Assembly: GCA_036172245.1 (NCBI GenBank)
Contig: JAYWIR010000006.1
Location: 1,612,001 to 1,676,000 of the forward strand
DNA: 64,000 nt
Source of the DNA: Raillietiella orientalis
Lineage: Eukaryota
Direction of reading: 5' to 3'
Shown here: in pieces, positions 46,600 through 58,469 of the stretch
Numbering within the stretch: the stretch's first letter is position 1
Layout of the letters: each line of letters opens with the position of its first letter
The notes under the pieces: generated by a model
The model's input: only the letters and a program-made list of their open reading frames with translations
The model's database searches: none
Told to the model about the DNA's origin: nothing
Position numbers and translations under genes: made by a program

Positions 46600-49500
46600 A
46601 TGAGCACTCTCTCCTGCCAGTCACAAGTACGATCCCCGTGCGTTGCACCCTTCGTGCTAAAGAGTTCTCATCCATCAGTAGACTGATACACAACACTAGC
46701 AAGGACTGGCTCCGGCGATACAGCCACGCCCCTCGCCGTCTCCCCACTTTGCTCAGCAGCCTGAATATCCTAGCAACCTTCACATCTTCCGAGCGCTACA
46801 CTGGTCCTCCTAGAAAAGGCACGCTAACTTCAATATCAAGATTACCGATCCTCATCCCCTTTGCAACGCCCTTACTGGGGTACGTTTTAGCCCCGTTGAC
46901 CTGAGTCCCTGTATCCATGAGGGACGATGAAGAGCAGAGAATAAGCACCCCTTTGCAACACCCTCAGGCACTCACAACGAGTACAAGAAAAGCATCCGAA
47001 AGGCACATAACAGAGAAGGTCGAATTCCGCGGAGAAGAGTGGAGGAGTGCAGATAAGAAAGACGTCGCTCAGGCAACGAGGAAACGAGAAATCGACAATG
47101 GACGACTCTCCTCTTTCAAATTCCGGAGCTCTCCCATTCGGGACGAAGCGCAAAATTTGATCGATGGAGGAGGGGAGGGGGGGAGGGCAGGTAGCTCCGG
47201 CGTTGTTTGTTTTCCGGACTCCACCTCGCTTCATCTGCTTTGGGCCCTGTTAGGCGTCCTCAATGGACGACGGACCCGATAGTGGAGAACCCATCCATCA
47301 TCAAAGAAAGCGGCAGCAGCAAGAGGGGTCCCAAGCAGACAGGAAGCAGGACCGCGCCGGAAGCTGAGCGTGGCAGCAGAAAGCACGAAGCTCCCGTCGT
47401 TCCCCCGCGCGAGCACCCCTTTCGGGGTCACGGCAGACTCCTCCCCCCTCCCTCTCCCTTCCCCACCCCGTTCCCTCTGGACTAGCCGAGAGAGCGGGAA
47501 CCCGCCTCCCGCACCGGACGCAGAGAAGCCGCACCTCAGCGCTGCGGGGGGAAGCAGAGGTCGGTTGTCCGCTCCACCCCAAGGCCGACGCGATCTTCAC
47601 GAGCGCCCGGGGGCACGGATGTCTGCGATCCCGCGGTCGGCCCCGCCTCCAGTTCCGCCGCCGCTTCTTCCTGTGGCGACGGCCCTCGAGAAGCGGCTGG
47701 ACTTCCGAGAAGCTCAGGAACAGCCCCGGTGGAGAATGGCAGGAGGGGGGGGGGGGAGAGGGGATGAGATCGGAAGGAAAGCATCAGCCCTTAGGAAGAT
47801 GAGGACCACTGATGGAAGGTTCACTCGTCCTTCGGCAACAAGCTGACCGCCGAAGGCCGACTCAAGTGTCCGTACCCCTTCCTGTCTCCCTCAATCCCCT
47901 ATCTCTCCTTCCACGAACGAGCCGGAGAAAGCATTCTCCGAATCCATCTGGAATGCCACATCCCCGCGTGTTTGACACCCGGACGTCCCTCATCCCTCCC
48001 GGGAGCGCTCGCTCCCGGACGGCAAGCAGTCCTGTCCTGCCTTTCACATTTCTGGACCACGTTCCTTTACGGGAGTTCCTGGTTTAGGAAGGCCAGCGTG
48101 GCTGCGCCTCGGGAGCTCGCAGCGGGAGCAACCAGTGTTTGTAGCTCCAGGACGCAAGTGCTCGCCGACCTGGGACGAATGGCAGGTTCCTCGGGGGAGA
48201 AGGAGGGGAGGGGGAATTCTGTGCCCCGCGTTCTCGGACAGAGGGGAGATGCTGCTAGTCTGAAAGATCCGCGCTCCCTGGGGATCCCAGGAGCTGTCCA
48301 GGACCCGTTGCAGGGGGTGTTGGCGGCGGCCCGGAAGGGAGGTGGGGAATCTCTGCACCTCACGGGAAGGGTCGTCGCTCCCCGTTTGAGGGGAGGCCAA
48401 GGAGGGGCACCCTTCGGGGAATCCTCCCTGAATTTACTCTCATCCGCCCCCTCTTCTCCCTCCAGCAGCAGCAAGACTTCTCCCTTGGCTCCCTTTCGTT
48501 CCCCTTGCTGACTCTAGAAGGAGGGTGGGATCAGCCCACCCAGGGGAGTGACGAGGTCTCCGTTGCCAGCGAGCACGGCGACCTGGAGAACCGAGGGCTC
48601 TCCAGTGACTGGAGAGAAGATGCCTCTGCACCTCCTTGAGTCTTCCTCCCGAGGGAGGCGAAAGGATCCTGGGGCTGGATCTCCGAGCCCAAGGGAGAGC
48701 CATTCAGGGAAGAGGGGGACGATAACAGGAAGCCCACGGCTTGTCTCTGGGCGGTAGTCCCCTTGCCCCTCCCTCGCGGAGGGGAGTAGGCAGCGCGGGA
48801 CGGGCAGCTCTCTGGGGCATCTTCAGGGAGCTGCCCTCCCGTCTCCGGAACAGCCTGGGATCGACCCCGAAGCTCCTCTTTGAAGACAACGCGCGCGTCT
48901 GGTGGCACGGGAGCTCCGCCCGCCTCCTCTGCAGGAAAGGGAGAGGAGGGACGGAAGGACAAGAGCCGTTGGGGTGGGGGGGACGTTGGCACTTTTCCTT
49001 TCCCATCCAGTCCTCACCGTCGCGTCGGTTCCTTCTGCCCTGCCTGACCGCGCTAGTCTCACCCGATGAGCCATCGGAAGTCCCCATCCCACCCCAGCGC
49101 GACGAAGGGGGACGAAGGGATGTGAGCGTCGCTGCGCGCGTAGGAGAGAGACCAAAGAGTCCCCTATACTGCTGCCCTATCGACCGTCGCGGAGTCGGGT
49201 CCATAGGGCAGCAGGGGTGCCAGACATGGAGCGGGGCCCTTCGCGTCGATTGGGCCTCAAGAGCGAGCAGAAAATCACCTCCTCCACGCTGGACTGACCG
49301 ACTGATTGTCCCTGGTCTAGAAGGAAGCGGTCAGAAGGGAATGACCCCTCCCCTCCCCGTCCCATCCTGCCTAGCCCGCTTTCCACTGGTCCATGCGGAG
49401 ATGACGCTTCAACAGAGAGGAAGACAGCAGTCAGGAGAGTCCACGCCAGCGAGGGCACCTCAGCGCGGGCCTGAGGGTAGGACAGTGGCGCTCGGGAGCG

Positions 49501-49900
49501 TGGAGACCTCGCCACGCGCGCGAGTGGCGGCGAAGGGGGAGGAGGAAGGCGAGAGGGGCAACGGAAGGGAGCGCGCGCACGGAGAGAGAGAACCCCACCA
49601 GGGCGAGTTGCCATCAGCCTCCGGAAGAGAGGTCGGCCGGGAAGGCGTTCGCCCCTGCGCCCGTGGTCCCTTCGCGTGCCGGGGAGATCTCGCGAAAGGA
49701 GTGGAGGCAGCGACCCTTCCCCGGGAAGCTCTCTCCCGCACGATCCTCCGGACTAAGGACCCCGACCCAGACTTCCTCCCTTCCGCGGCGGGCGAAGCGA
49801 GGCGCTCCCTGCGTGGGCGCACCACGAGGCAGCCGCCGCGGATAAGATAATCAAGCGGAGATGATAAGGCGAGGTACGGCTGAGGAGGAGGGACAGGGGG
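46600..49900 (+). pseudogene. Decayed array H2A-H3-H4-H2B-H2A..H3-H4-H2B-H2A
   Basis: LRAKEFSSISRLIH (H2A); KASERHI (H3); IRDEAQNL (H4); ORF 48741..49850 LLFEDNARVWWHG (H3), EGGRRDVS (H4), GREVGREGVR..GDLAK (H2B), AGEARRSLRG (H2A). Confidence 0.6.
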
Positions 49901-50209
49901 ACGAGAGGAAGAGTAGGAGAAAAGGAGATTGAACGCAGGCGAAGGATTCGAAGAGTCGCCGTCGTTCTCCGGAGGGGAAGAGCTTCCAAGGGTCATTCAG
50001 GAGAGCCCCTCCTCTCTGGGGAGGCGTCCCTACCTTCCGAAAGGACGGACGCGCCCTGAATTCGCTCGCGGGTGCGTGGGGCATTCGGCAGTCCCCCGAA
50101 CCGGAATCCTTCGTAGCCGGGTGTCCTCTAATCCTGCCCGGCGACCGGGAAAGCTCTGACGCGAAGGGGAGGAAAGAAGGGAGAACCAGAGAGAAGAGAG
50201 GGGTGGATT

Positions 50210-50750
50210 CTCACCGGGGCACGCTGGGTCATTTATTAATTAATTAAATAAGCATTTGCAATTTCTGTGGTTGGACCGATGGTCCAACCCCGTCCTTTTT
50301 TAACCCAACCTGCTTCATTACCGGTTCGCAGACCGGTGAGATCCACCATGGCAGCAGGGGGAGGGGGGGAAGGGGGGCAAACAAAAAGAAAAAGAAACAA
50401 AATAAAAGTAAATAGAACAAGTTTTTTTTTTTGAGGGGGGAGGGCAGGGGTAGAGTTCAGGAAAGGATCACTGCCTGCTGGGGGCAGTCCTCTGCATCCT
50501 TTGTATGATGCCGGCAAGGTCTTGCTGGATTTGGCTGTCCAAGTGAGCCCATCTCTTTGCCATCCTAAAGCGGATGGCGAAGTGGATGTGGCACCCCTAT
50601 CGCTCGGTCCTCCTCTTACGTCGCTTCAGGCCACTACAATCCCACGTAGGCAGCACAGGGCTGCTAGCGAGGCTCCACGAAACCGTCGCGAACGAGGAGG
50701 AGTTTTAAAGAGTCCCTGGAGTTGCCGCCAGGGGTTCCTAGGGTCTCGCC
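50210..50750 (-). mobile_element. 3' fragment of L1/Tx1-like LINE (subfamily A)
   Basis: Nucleotide similarity to 10155-10640; perfect hairpin GGTTGGACC-GAT-GGTCCAACC (50269-50289); shared terminal motif. Confidence 0.8.
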
Positions 50751-51149
50751 AAAGAAGGGGGCAGGGTAGAAAGGGAGAATTGGAAGGTGTGGTGGCCGGA
50801 AGGAATGTTTCGATTCAAGCACAGGGAAAGCACCTGCTTCTTCTCCTTCCTCCACCTCTTCTCTGTCCTTCTCCCCTTCGTCCTCCTTCTCCTCCTCTTC
50901 TTCGTCTTCCGTGATCTCTCTTTACGAAACGCTCGCCGTGAAGAAAGTCTACTCTTGATGAACGTTCCTGCCGAATTCATTACAGGAGGACAGGATTTAG
51001 ACGCACCCGAATGGGGTGAGTAGGTGGAGGGCAGCGTCTTCTGCTCAGTGCGGTCGGCGGAGCGGAGAAAGGCAAGACCTCTCTCGGATCACAGTTACCC
51101 GGGAGAGACTTCGCCCTCGGGTCAGGAACGCCTGAGCGCGCTGCTTCCG

Positions 51150-53240
51150 CAGAATAGGTACTTCGCCTCCTCTGGGAAGCGTCTTCGGTTGCGGAAGGCC
51201 CGCTATGGAAAGCTGGAGAAGCAGGATCTCCGGTGCTTCGTGGGTGCCCTCGACGCCGTGACCTCCCGGAGCCGGTCTTCGGGCCAGCCGAGCGGTTCCG
51301 GCGTCAGTGCAAAGGAAGCCATCCGGGCGCCGCACAGGTCTCGATGGCGTCGCAGTCAGCCAGGAAAGCAACAAAGTCTTCCTGTCTTGGAGCACCGCGG
51401 GTGAGGAGAGAGTAGGGATGGGGAGTCGTGCTGCTTGCGAGCTCCTGTCTTGCCAGCTCTGAGATCTTTCGGGGCTCCCAGAATCATCCAGACTCTGCGC
51501 GCTCTTTCTGCCTTCCGCGCCTTTCGTTTTCGCGGATTTCAGGATATTAGTGGAGAGAGGAAAGAGGGGAGGTTGACACGGATGGAAGGGGAGGACGGTC
51601 TTCCAGGTCCAGCGTTGCCCGTCCCCGTCGCCCATCGCTCCATTTCCGTGCCGTCCTTCGACTCGCTTCCATTCGGAGTCCGTGCACGACTTGTCCGGCT
51701 CGGAAGTATGTCCCTTGAAGAACGCCCGCGCGGAGAACGAGCGTGAGCGCGAAGGCGGAGGACAGGATCGCGGAAGGGAAAGGAGGGGACGCTGGCGCAC
51801 CCCTCGGTGGAGGGCATGGGAGCTCCGGCGGCAAGACTTCCGTGTTGCTACAGGACAGGGGGAGAAGGTGAGCCTCCTCTCCCTGCCTCCGCCCCAATGT
51901 CCTCCTCCGTTGAGGAAGCCCGTCGGCGAAGGAGAGGGGAGACAAAGGTGCCCTGGTTCCTCTCGAGTGACACCATCCGAGGGAGGACCCTTCGGCCTTC
52001 GAGGTCAGGGTCTGATGGGTGGCTTCCTTCAGCCGTCCTGAAGCGGACCCAGCAGCTGCTGCCTCGGCAAGGCCAAACATCACTCCACGGACTGAGGGAG
52101 GAGGAACCACGGGCGAACTACGTGACTGAGATTGCATGTCGCGCCCTTCCCTTCCCTTCCCTGACCCGGAAGGGGGGAGGGGCAGGCCGAAGCGACCTTC
52201 TGCTTCGCATGCCAGAGACTTCCTGGAGTGGAAAAGAAAAGAAAAACGCCCCACACGCTCCTTTCTGAAGAAGAACAAGAGCGGATGGACAGGAGGAAAC
52301 GCTGGCACCGAGACGCCGCGAGTCAGAGGTCCAAGGCCTCGCGTGCTTCCATGCCAATAGCGATGAAGAGCGTAGGGCGAAGAACGGTTTCCTTGAACCT
52401 CCCTCGGTCCGAGCGAGCATCCTGGAGGAAGAACAGGAGGAGGAGGAGGAAGAGGAGGAAAAGCAGAGAAGGAGCGAGCAAGGAGGAGGATACTTTCGGT
52501 TTAAGCCGCGACTCCTCCTGAGCAGCGGAAATGGGATGCAAGAACCGGAGAACCGCCTTACCAGCATCCTCAGCTTCCGAAATAGCATCTGCTTTTTCTT
52601 TTCTCAGAAAAAAAAAAGGAAGAGAAAAAGAAAAAGCAGGCCAAAGCCGAAATGAGCCGCCACGGAATGGACCCTGGTTTGCCTCCGATCGGCAATGCAG
52701 AGATGTGGTTTACCTTAACACAATCAACTCGAGGGATTCTGCAGAAGGGGTCGAAAGTGACGGAAGACGAAAACCGAAAAGTCGTCGCAAAAAGAAAATC
52801 GAAGGAACCAAAGAAAAAAAGGGGGGGGGGGGGACAGCAAAAATAAAAGAAAAAAAAATAGAAACAAAAATGGCAGGTGATTTCTTTGCCACCGTGACTG
52901 CACGAAGAGTGTCCCTCCGGATCGACTCAGAGATTTGGAGCGAGCCGGCTGCTCCGTTCGAGGCCAAGACCGCTGAGAGATAATCAGGAGATCCGGAGAC
53001 GCGGACGCATTTTCTGGTGATTAATATGCAGCACCACATTATTTGACTAATAAGCAAGATAAATCTTCCCTGCTTCCGAGAGCATCGAACAACAGATTTA
53101 TGGTTAAGTGCGAAAAATTCTGCTCTAAGATAATCTTCGCGATCTCCGTCCGGGTCCTCGAGCTCTGTTCCTCCGACTTTTCATCCAAGCGCACTTTCCG
53201 CGATTTGCGACCCGGGATGATTTATGGGAATCCGAAAATC
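51150..53240 (-). pseudogene. Decayed array H2B-H2A-H3-H4-H2B-H2A
   Basis: RVSGSPDYLSAVL..SLQISESIRRD ~ H2A RVGAGAPVYLAAVL..ILELAGNAARD; LFRKLRMLVR and LLAWKHAR ~ H3; VRGVM..EATHQTLT ~ H4; RSFSARAFFK..PD ~ H2B; RSSQAARLPIP ~ H2A. Confidence 0.7.
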
Positions 53241-53399
53241 GTGCCCTGATGATGTTCCCCTGGTTGTCTTCCGCCTGATGAAACTTACCTGCTCCTCCGA
53301 TGCGTGCTGACTCCATCAATCATATAACGAAAATCATTGGCGCGGACGCGCACTCTCGGTTTAGGCATGTGCGAGCAGCCAGAGTGGATTTCGTCGCAC

Positions 53400-54880
53400 G
53401 TGACCTCCCCGAACGTTCTGCCTCGTCCCCGTTTCCATGCCTACGGGAAATTCGTCACCAGCTGCCGACGCCGATACAACCACCGCCACGACGCTCACGT
53501 CTCTGCGACCCGGATATTTCGATCTCTCTCTCTCTTTTTTTCGTTTGCTCGCAGGGTTGCGACCGTGCTCTGCACCAGATCTTCTCTTTGGGTCCCCGGA
53601 AAGCGGCACATCTGATCGCGACCCAGCATCCAGTCTTCAATTGTTCCGTTTCAACTATGCTATCGGGGCGGTGCCTGGCAGCGTCTAGGCCACTCCACTG
53701 CTCGGAGCATCAGCTGGAAAGAGAGCTCTTCCGTTTCTGTGCTGTAGGGGCAAGTAGCAGCCGCCCCGCTTTGTCTCTTTCCCTCTAGCTAGCTTGTTCT
53801 GGAACACGCATGTTCTGATGCGATCCATGATTCCTCGCGTTCCCTCTTTCCCCTTCCGCGCTTAAGAGCTTGTCACGCTTTCCATTCTTTGAGTCAAGCG
53901 TGCTCGAGGATAAAAAATTCATTTTGCGGAAGAAAAGACTTTTCTCCTCTTCTCCCAATACCCAGTGACTGGACCAAAGCAAGACACAGACCGTCGCCTA
54001 CACGAGCACAGATCTCACGAACCACTCTTCCTTGAACGCCACCCCCATGTTCACCAACCACCAAGATGTAGGCGTACTTTATTTCGTCATCGAAGTCCTA
54101 AATCGGCTTCTAATTGTTGGAACCGATGCTTTCTCAGTCGTGACTCTCTCGCTACCAATAATAAAGCTCTGCGACGAGTTCATTGCCGTGCACGCCTTCC
54201 CGAACCATCTTCTGGCCCTGTCGGTCCTTGAAGTCCGCGCTCTCCAGCGCTTCCACTGGCCTTTCTCTCACTTGGACCTGTCAGCGCTTGTTCTTAGAGG
54301 AATTATGAGTTCTGTTTTTCGCGCGCCATGTTCGAGTGCTCGAAAATCTGGCAGAGATTGCCCAGTTTCCGAGAGCTTTCGTCTTCCGAGTTCCTTCCTC
54401 ACCACATCGGGTGGCGGTGCTCTTTGTTACAATGGGATATGCGACACAGAAAGTCTCACGAATCTGACCCAAGAACACCTGGTGATTATGTGCTTTGCAA
54501 TCGACTGTTTCTGCACTGTTCCTGGCTTTTTCTAAATCATGACTTTCTCCTAATCACGTTGAAGAGCTTCTGGACTAAAATGAGCAAACCTAGATCAGCA
54601 GTCGCAATCAAAACATTTCTTTAAAAGGAAATTGATCACATCTGCCAAGGGGACAGTGCTTGTATTGGTGATTTTTAACACATCAGAATACAATTCCCAT
54701 CTCGGAAAGAGAACAGTGGAATACAACAGAAATAGCTGATCTGTATCAGCCATCCAAACTGGATTTCCAAAAACATCCAGTACTCAAAAATCGCCAGGTT
54801 CTCCCAACCCGGGTCGTACCACTAAAATTTCATGAGAGAATATTTCCATAAAGAGTATAAAAAGACGAACCATTTATTGT
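53400..54880 (+). pseudogene. Decayed array H3-(H4)-H2B-H2A-(H3)
   Basis: CLREIRHQ ~ H3 ALREIRRYQ; ORF 54032..54535 FVIEVLNRL and AVHAFPNHL (H2B), then FHWPFSHL, ALVLRGIM and DTESLTNL (H2A). Confidence 0.55.
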
Positions 54881-54917
54881 GAGCCTGTTGAAGGACACAA
54901 ATCATGATTTGACAATA

Positions 54918-55075
54918 GCACACGTTCCATTGTTGCAAAATCTATTTATAGTCTTGCCCTGCTATATTTATAGACTGTCAACCGCACGCATGTCATTGTT
55001 GGCAAAAGCTATTTATAGTCTTGCCCTGAGGTATTTATGAACCACGGGTTGCACGCGCACTACTGTTGATAGAGT
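54918..55075. repeat. 66-67 bp tandem repeat, about 2.4 copies, with TATAAATA and ACAATG on the minus strand
   Basis: Units start at 54918, 54984 and 55051. CTATTTATAGTCTTGCCCTG is exact in the first two units. Confidence 0.85.
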
Positions 55076-55899
55076 TTCTTGCCGAGAGTATTGATGAATG
55101 AAATGAATTTTCTCTCTCTTTCGGTTGCTTTCATGATAATTGTCAGATGGGGAGCTGAACCGATTTTGTAAAAGCTACAGAGTCAGCCTGTAAGATGCCG
55201 GGTTAAGGAACGGATTTTCAACTACAAGTAAACCAGTCACTAAAAGGACCCAAGTAACCACTTGTTGCTTTCTTCTTGCGTGATCTCTTGCTGGATTTCA
55301 GTATCTGCGCTGGCACAGAACAGAACTCTCAATATTTGCCGAGTAAAATGAGAAGCATTCAAGGCCAGGACAAGCGGAGAGGGAAGGAGTAGAAGAGTTC
55401 TCATCTAGTTTTGGGATCTCTTCTCTGTGAAAATCCTTTCGAAACCTCCCATCTCTGAATTATCTTGCAGGATTGGAAGCAAGTGAGGAGTCGCCTATTC
55501 TATCCTAGTGAAGTACGCACTTCACTAAGGTAGAATGCAGTTGCTTTCTGTCATTTGATGCTTTTTCTGGTCTTCTGCTTTAAACTGCATCAGTGTTTCG
55601 TAGCAAATGCTTCATATCTTTTCTAAAAGGAAGAACTACACGTTCGTGCTCCTCTTGCGTGAAGTGTGCTCATGACTCTAAAAGGTAAAGGCAAACAGCG
55701 CTTTGCACTAGGAGCGGCAGAGGAAGAATGCGAGGAATGTTGCCCAAACATGACGGCCCACGGCTGTCAAAGCTGGAAGATCGCAACCTTTCTGGAGTCA
55801 TTGTCATGTAATTTTTTTTTTTTTTCTTTCAAAGGCGGCGGATTGGGGCCGAACTCATCGATGATTCGGAGCATCACCTCCCTCTCTTGCAACCATGCA

Positions 55900-57250
55900 C
55901 CATGCTGCGGCCGATATTACGCCCGAGACACCCTCTCCCGCTAAGGACCCTCGTCCTCTCCCGTCAAAGGGGCGTGTGAGAGAAGACTCGAACGGCGAAA
56001 CCGCGAGGTGCCGCGACCTCGCGCGATACCAGCCGGAACGTTCCACTTGCAGCGTGTGAAAAAGGAGGGAACGGGCAGCCAGCTGCAGCAAGGCCAGGGT
56101 TATGGTATGGACCGAGGTGGTCTCCTGCCCGGAGGCAAGGGCTGTCTGCCTCGCGAAACAGAAATCGGGACCTCCTATCACTAGGAAGGTAGACGCAAGC
56201 GTTTCCGCTTCTCTCCTCTTTCCCTTGGGACGAAAGTGGAGATGGCAAGGAAGGTCCCGGCCTTGATGCAGCAAGGCAAGTGTCCCCCCCCCCATTCCTT
56301 TGAGACGACTGATCTCGGGTGAGGGCCTCTTGGAACTTTGATAGAAGTCCGAAATCATTTTTGCCAACGCAAATAATGACGAGAAGATCTCTTTCCCTCC
56401 TCACCTCTTCTACATAGCGCCTTCGTGAAGCTGACACTTGGCGATGAGAAACGTATACTAAAAGTTTCCTTGTACTGCTCACACGAAAAGGGGACATGGT
56501 AATGAATAACGAAGTTGTTACTTCCCTTCCTTTCCCGTTTCTTTCTTCCCTAGCGACTAGCGCTCAGATACAAAACTCTGCATGCCTCCCCACGGGTGAT
56601 GAACTTTCCCGTTCTGTACGATTCCCTCTCCCCTCACCTGCACCCCGACCCAAACATCGGACGAAGGAAGATCGGAAGGGGGAGAAGATTTTAAATAGGG
56701 AAGAGAGCTTGCTTGTTATCCCGTCTCAGTCCGTCAGATGTCGGAGGGCGTCTTCGCCTGTCTCCAGGCAATAGCACGGGAACGCTCTCCGGATGGATCT
56801 GCATTATTCCAGAAGGGCGGGAACAGGAAGCCATGAGCCCTGTTCCTTACCCTTTCGGAAGGATCCTCGAGGATGTACCAGAAAAAATTGAAACAAAATC
56901 AAAAAGTTACGTGTCTCTTTCCTCCCGCATTCCCTTCTTCCAGCCCTTGTCTTTTACGGGGTGTTGTTCTGCTGCTAGCCTGGAACGCGAACACTCTGCC
57001 CCTTTGCCCCAGCCAATCATCGCTGCAGGAGACGCATGCGGGACGCTATAGAGCGGGTTCTACGGGTGGGCTGGGAGTGATGAGGCCATTGAGCGCATCT
57101 TTGCGATACTTTTGGAGGCAGAGATAGCACATCCGTCGTAGGGAAGACGTTCGAAGAGAGGGCCAGAGTGCGGCACACGAAGCTGTGGAAGGAGGAGGGC
57201 ATTAGGGAAATGCTTCATAAAGGAGATTCCGCCAAGATTCAGAAGGAAGG
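55900..57250 (+). pseudogene. Decayed unit H2B-H2A-H3-H4
   Basis: ARCRDLARYQPERST ~ H2B AEASRLAHYNKRST; RKVDASVSASL ~ H2A; QEAM..GRILEDV ~ H3; DAIERVLRVG/GVMRPLS and VRHTK ~ H4. Confidence 0.55.
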
Positions 57251-57469
57251 ATACATTCCCCAATGGTCAGCACTCGGAAATAGTCCTCATTCCAGGCCAC
57301 ACCACACAGTCATAGTCATTCCTCCCCCTCTCTCTGCTCTTTCTCTTCCAGGGGCACCGAAGGGGAAGGTCGCATGAGTCAGCATCGAGAACGCAGAAAG
57401 AACCGGCCCAAAGGACGCAGGCAGCTGGGGAATGGAAGAACTCTAAGGGGTAGATTTGGTCCCCGTGTT

Positions 57470-58225
57470 CCAGGACTAAGGAAAGACAAGGGATCGTCGA
57501 GCGATTCCATTTTACCGGAAAACCCATTTCTGACAAGTTCGGGAAAGGACAGGAAGCAAAACGCTTGGGTTATCAAGGAACGTCCTCCACTTCCCGGACG
57601 CATCCGTCCGCCATTGTTACTCCTGAAGGATGTTTTCGGGAAAGTTTTCCGATCCGTCCCTAGAGAAATGGCTAGGACGACGCCATTCGCTGCCCAGTCG
57701 AGTCCTCCTGTAAGCGGCAGCCTTCTTTCTCTTCCGGTGTTTTCGTACAGGCGAGGAGCGTCCTTTGGCGACCCTTTTCCAAGTGCTTTCTCTGCGAGGA
57801 CGTCCGACCGGAACAAGACCTCCTGCCCGGTATCCCGGTATGCCCATCTGCCGAGTCTTCCAATTCTTTGTTCGTCCTCGGTCCCGTTCCCTCTTGCCGG
57901 AACACACTGCCGGACCTTCATCCCTCTCCAGATGAAGTTTCCTCCGCTGAAGCGGACGGATGGACTCGTCTAGTTCGACGTGCCGCGTGCTCGTGAGCTT
58001 TCACTTCGTTCCCCTTTCCCGGATTTGAAAAACAAGAAAATATCCCGAATGAATAGGAGGAAGGAGGAAGTTCATAAGGCAATACTCTAGACAAGCGGGC
58101 CGGGATCGCGCTTTCTCGCGAAATTGAAAATTCCAGCGGAAAACTCGCTCGGCTTTCCTGTTTCTGCGAATTTCGGAGGCGGGGGAAACGAACTTGCTTC
58201 TAGGCCGAAATCGATCGGAAGATCG
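57470..58225 (-). pseudogene. Decayed block H3-H4-H2B
   Basis: RFRPRSK..ASEIRRNRK ~ H3 RYRPGTVALREIRRYQK; ORF 57379..57921 IGRLGR and KDAPRLYENTGR (H4) run into KTSFRSN (H2B). Confidence 0.6.
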
Positions 58226-58232
58226 ATCGGGT

Positions 58233-58325
58233 TGCCAACAATGCGACCGAGCGCGCGGACGGTTTATAAATATCCCAGAGCAGGCACACGTGGGGATCCT
58301 TCCCAACAATGGTTTATAAATAGCG
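58233..58325 (+). repeat. Inverted relative of the 54918-55075 repeat (CCAACAATG...TATAAATA twice)
   Basis: GCCAACAATG..GCGCGCGGACGGTTTATAAATATCCCAGAGCAGG aligns to the reverse complement of ~54950-55003. Confidence 0.6.
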
Positions 58326-58469
58326 CAGCACGCGAGCTACACAGATGATGGCTGCTGGTAACGGCACAGCATCAATTCGCCACTTCGTATGGAGTGTGCT
58401 GCATTTTCGATGCTGCCGAGATCTGATGTTTCACGGGCCTTTCAGGGTTGTTGTTGTTGTTTTTTTTTT

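Noticed and set aside
54047..54200. COX1-like N-terminus (FTNHQDVGVLYF..VGT..HAF), possible numt
   Set aside because: Spacing differs from COX1 and nothing downstream matches. The same frame fits H2B then H2A at the expected place in the array.
54320..54420. SAP-domain-like VRKELGRRKLSETG on the minus strand
   Set aside because: Short, has no supporting context, and is antisense to the H2A-like segment.
58433..58450. Histone 3' stem-loop-like GGGCCTTTCAGGG (also positions 1-18)
   Set aside because: The stem is imperfect and does not follow a histone stop codon.
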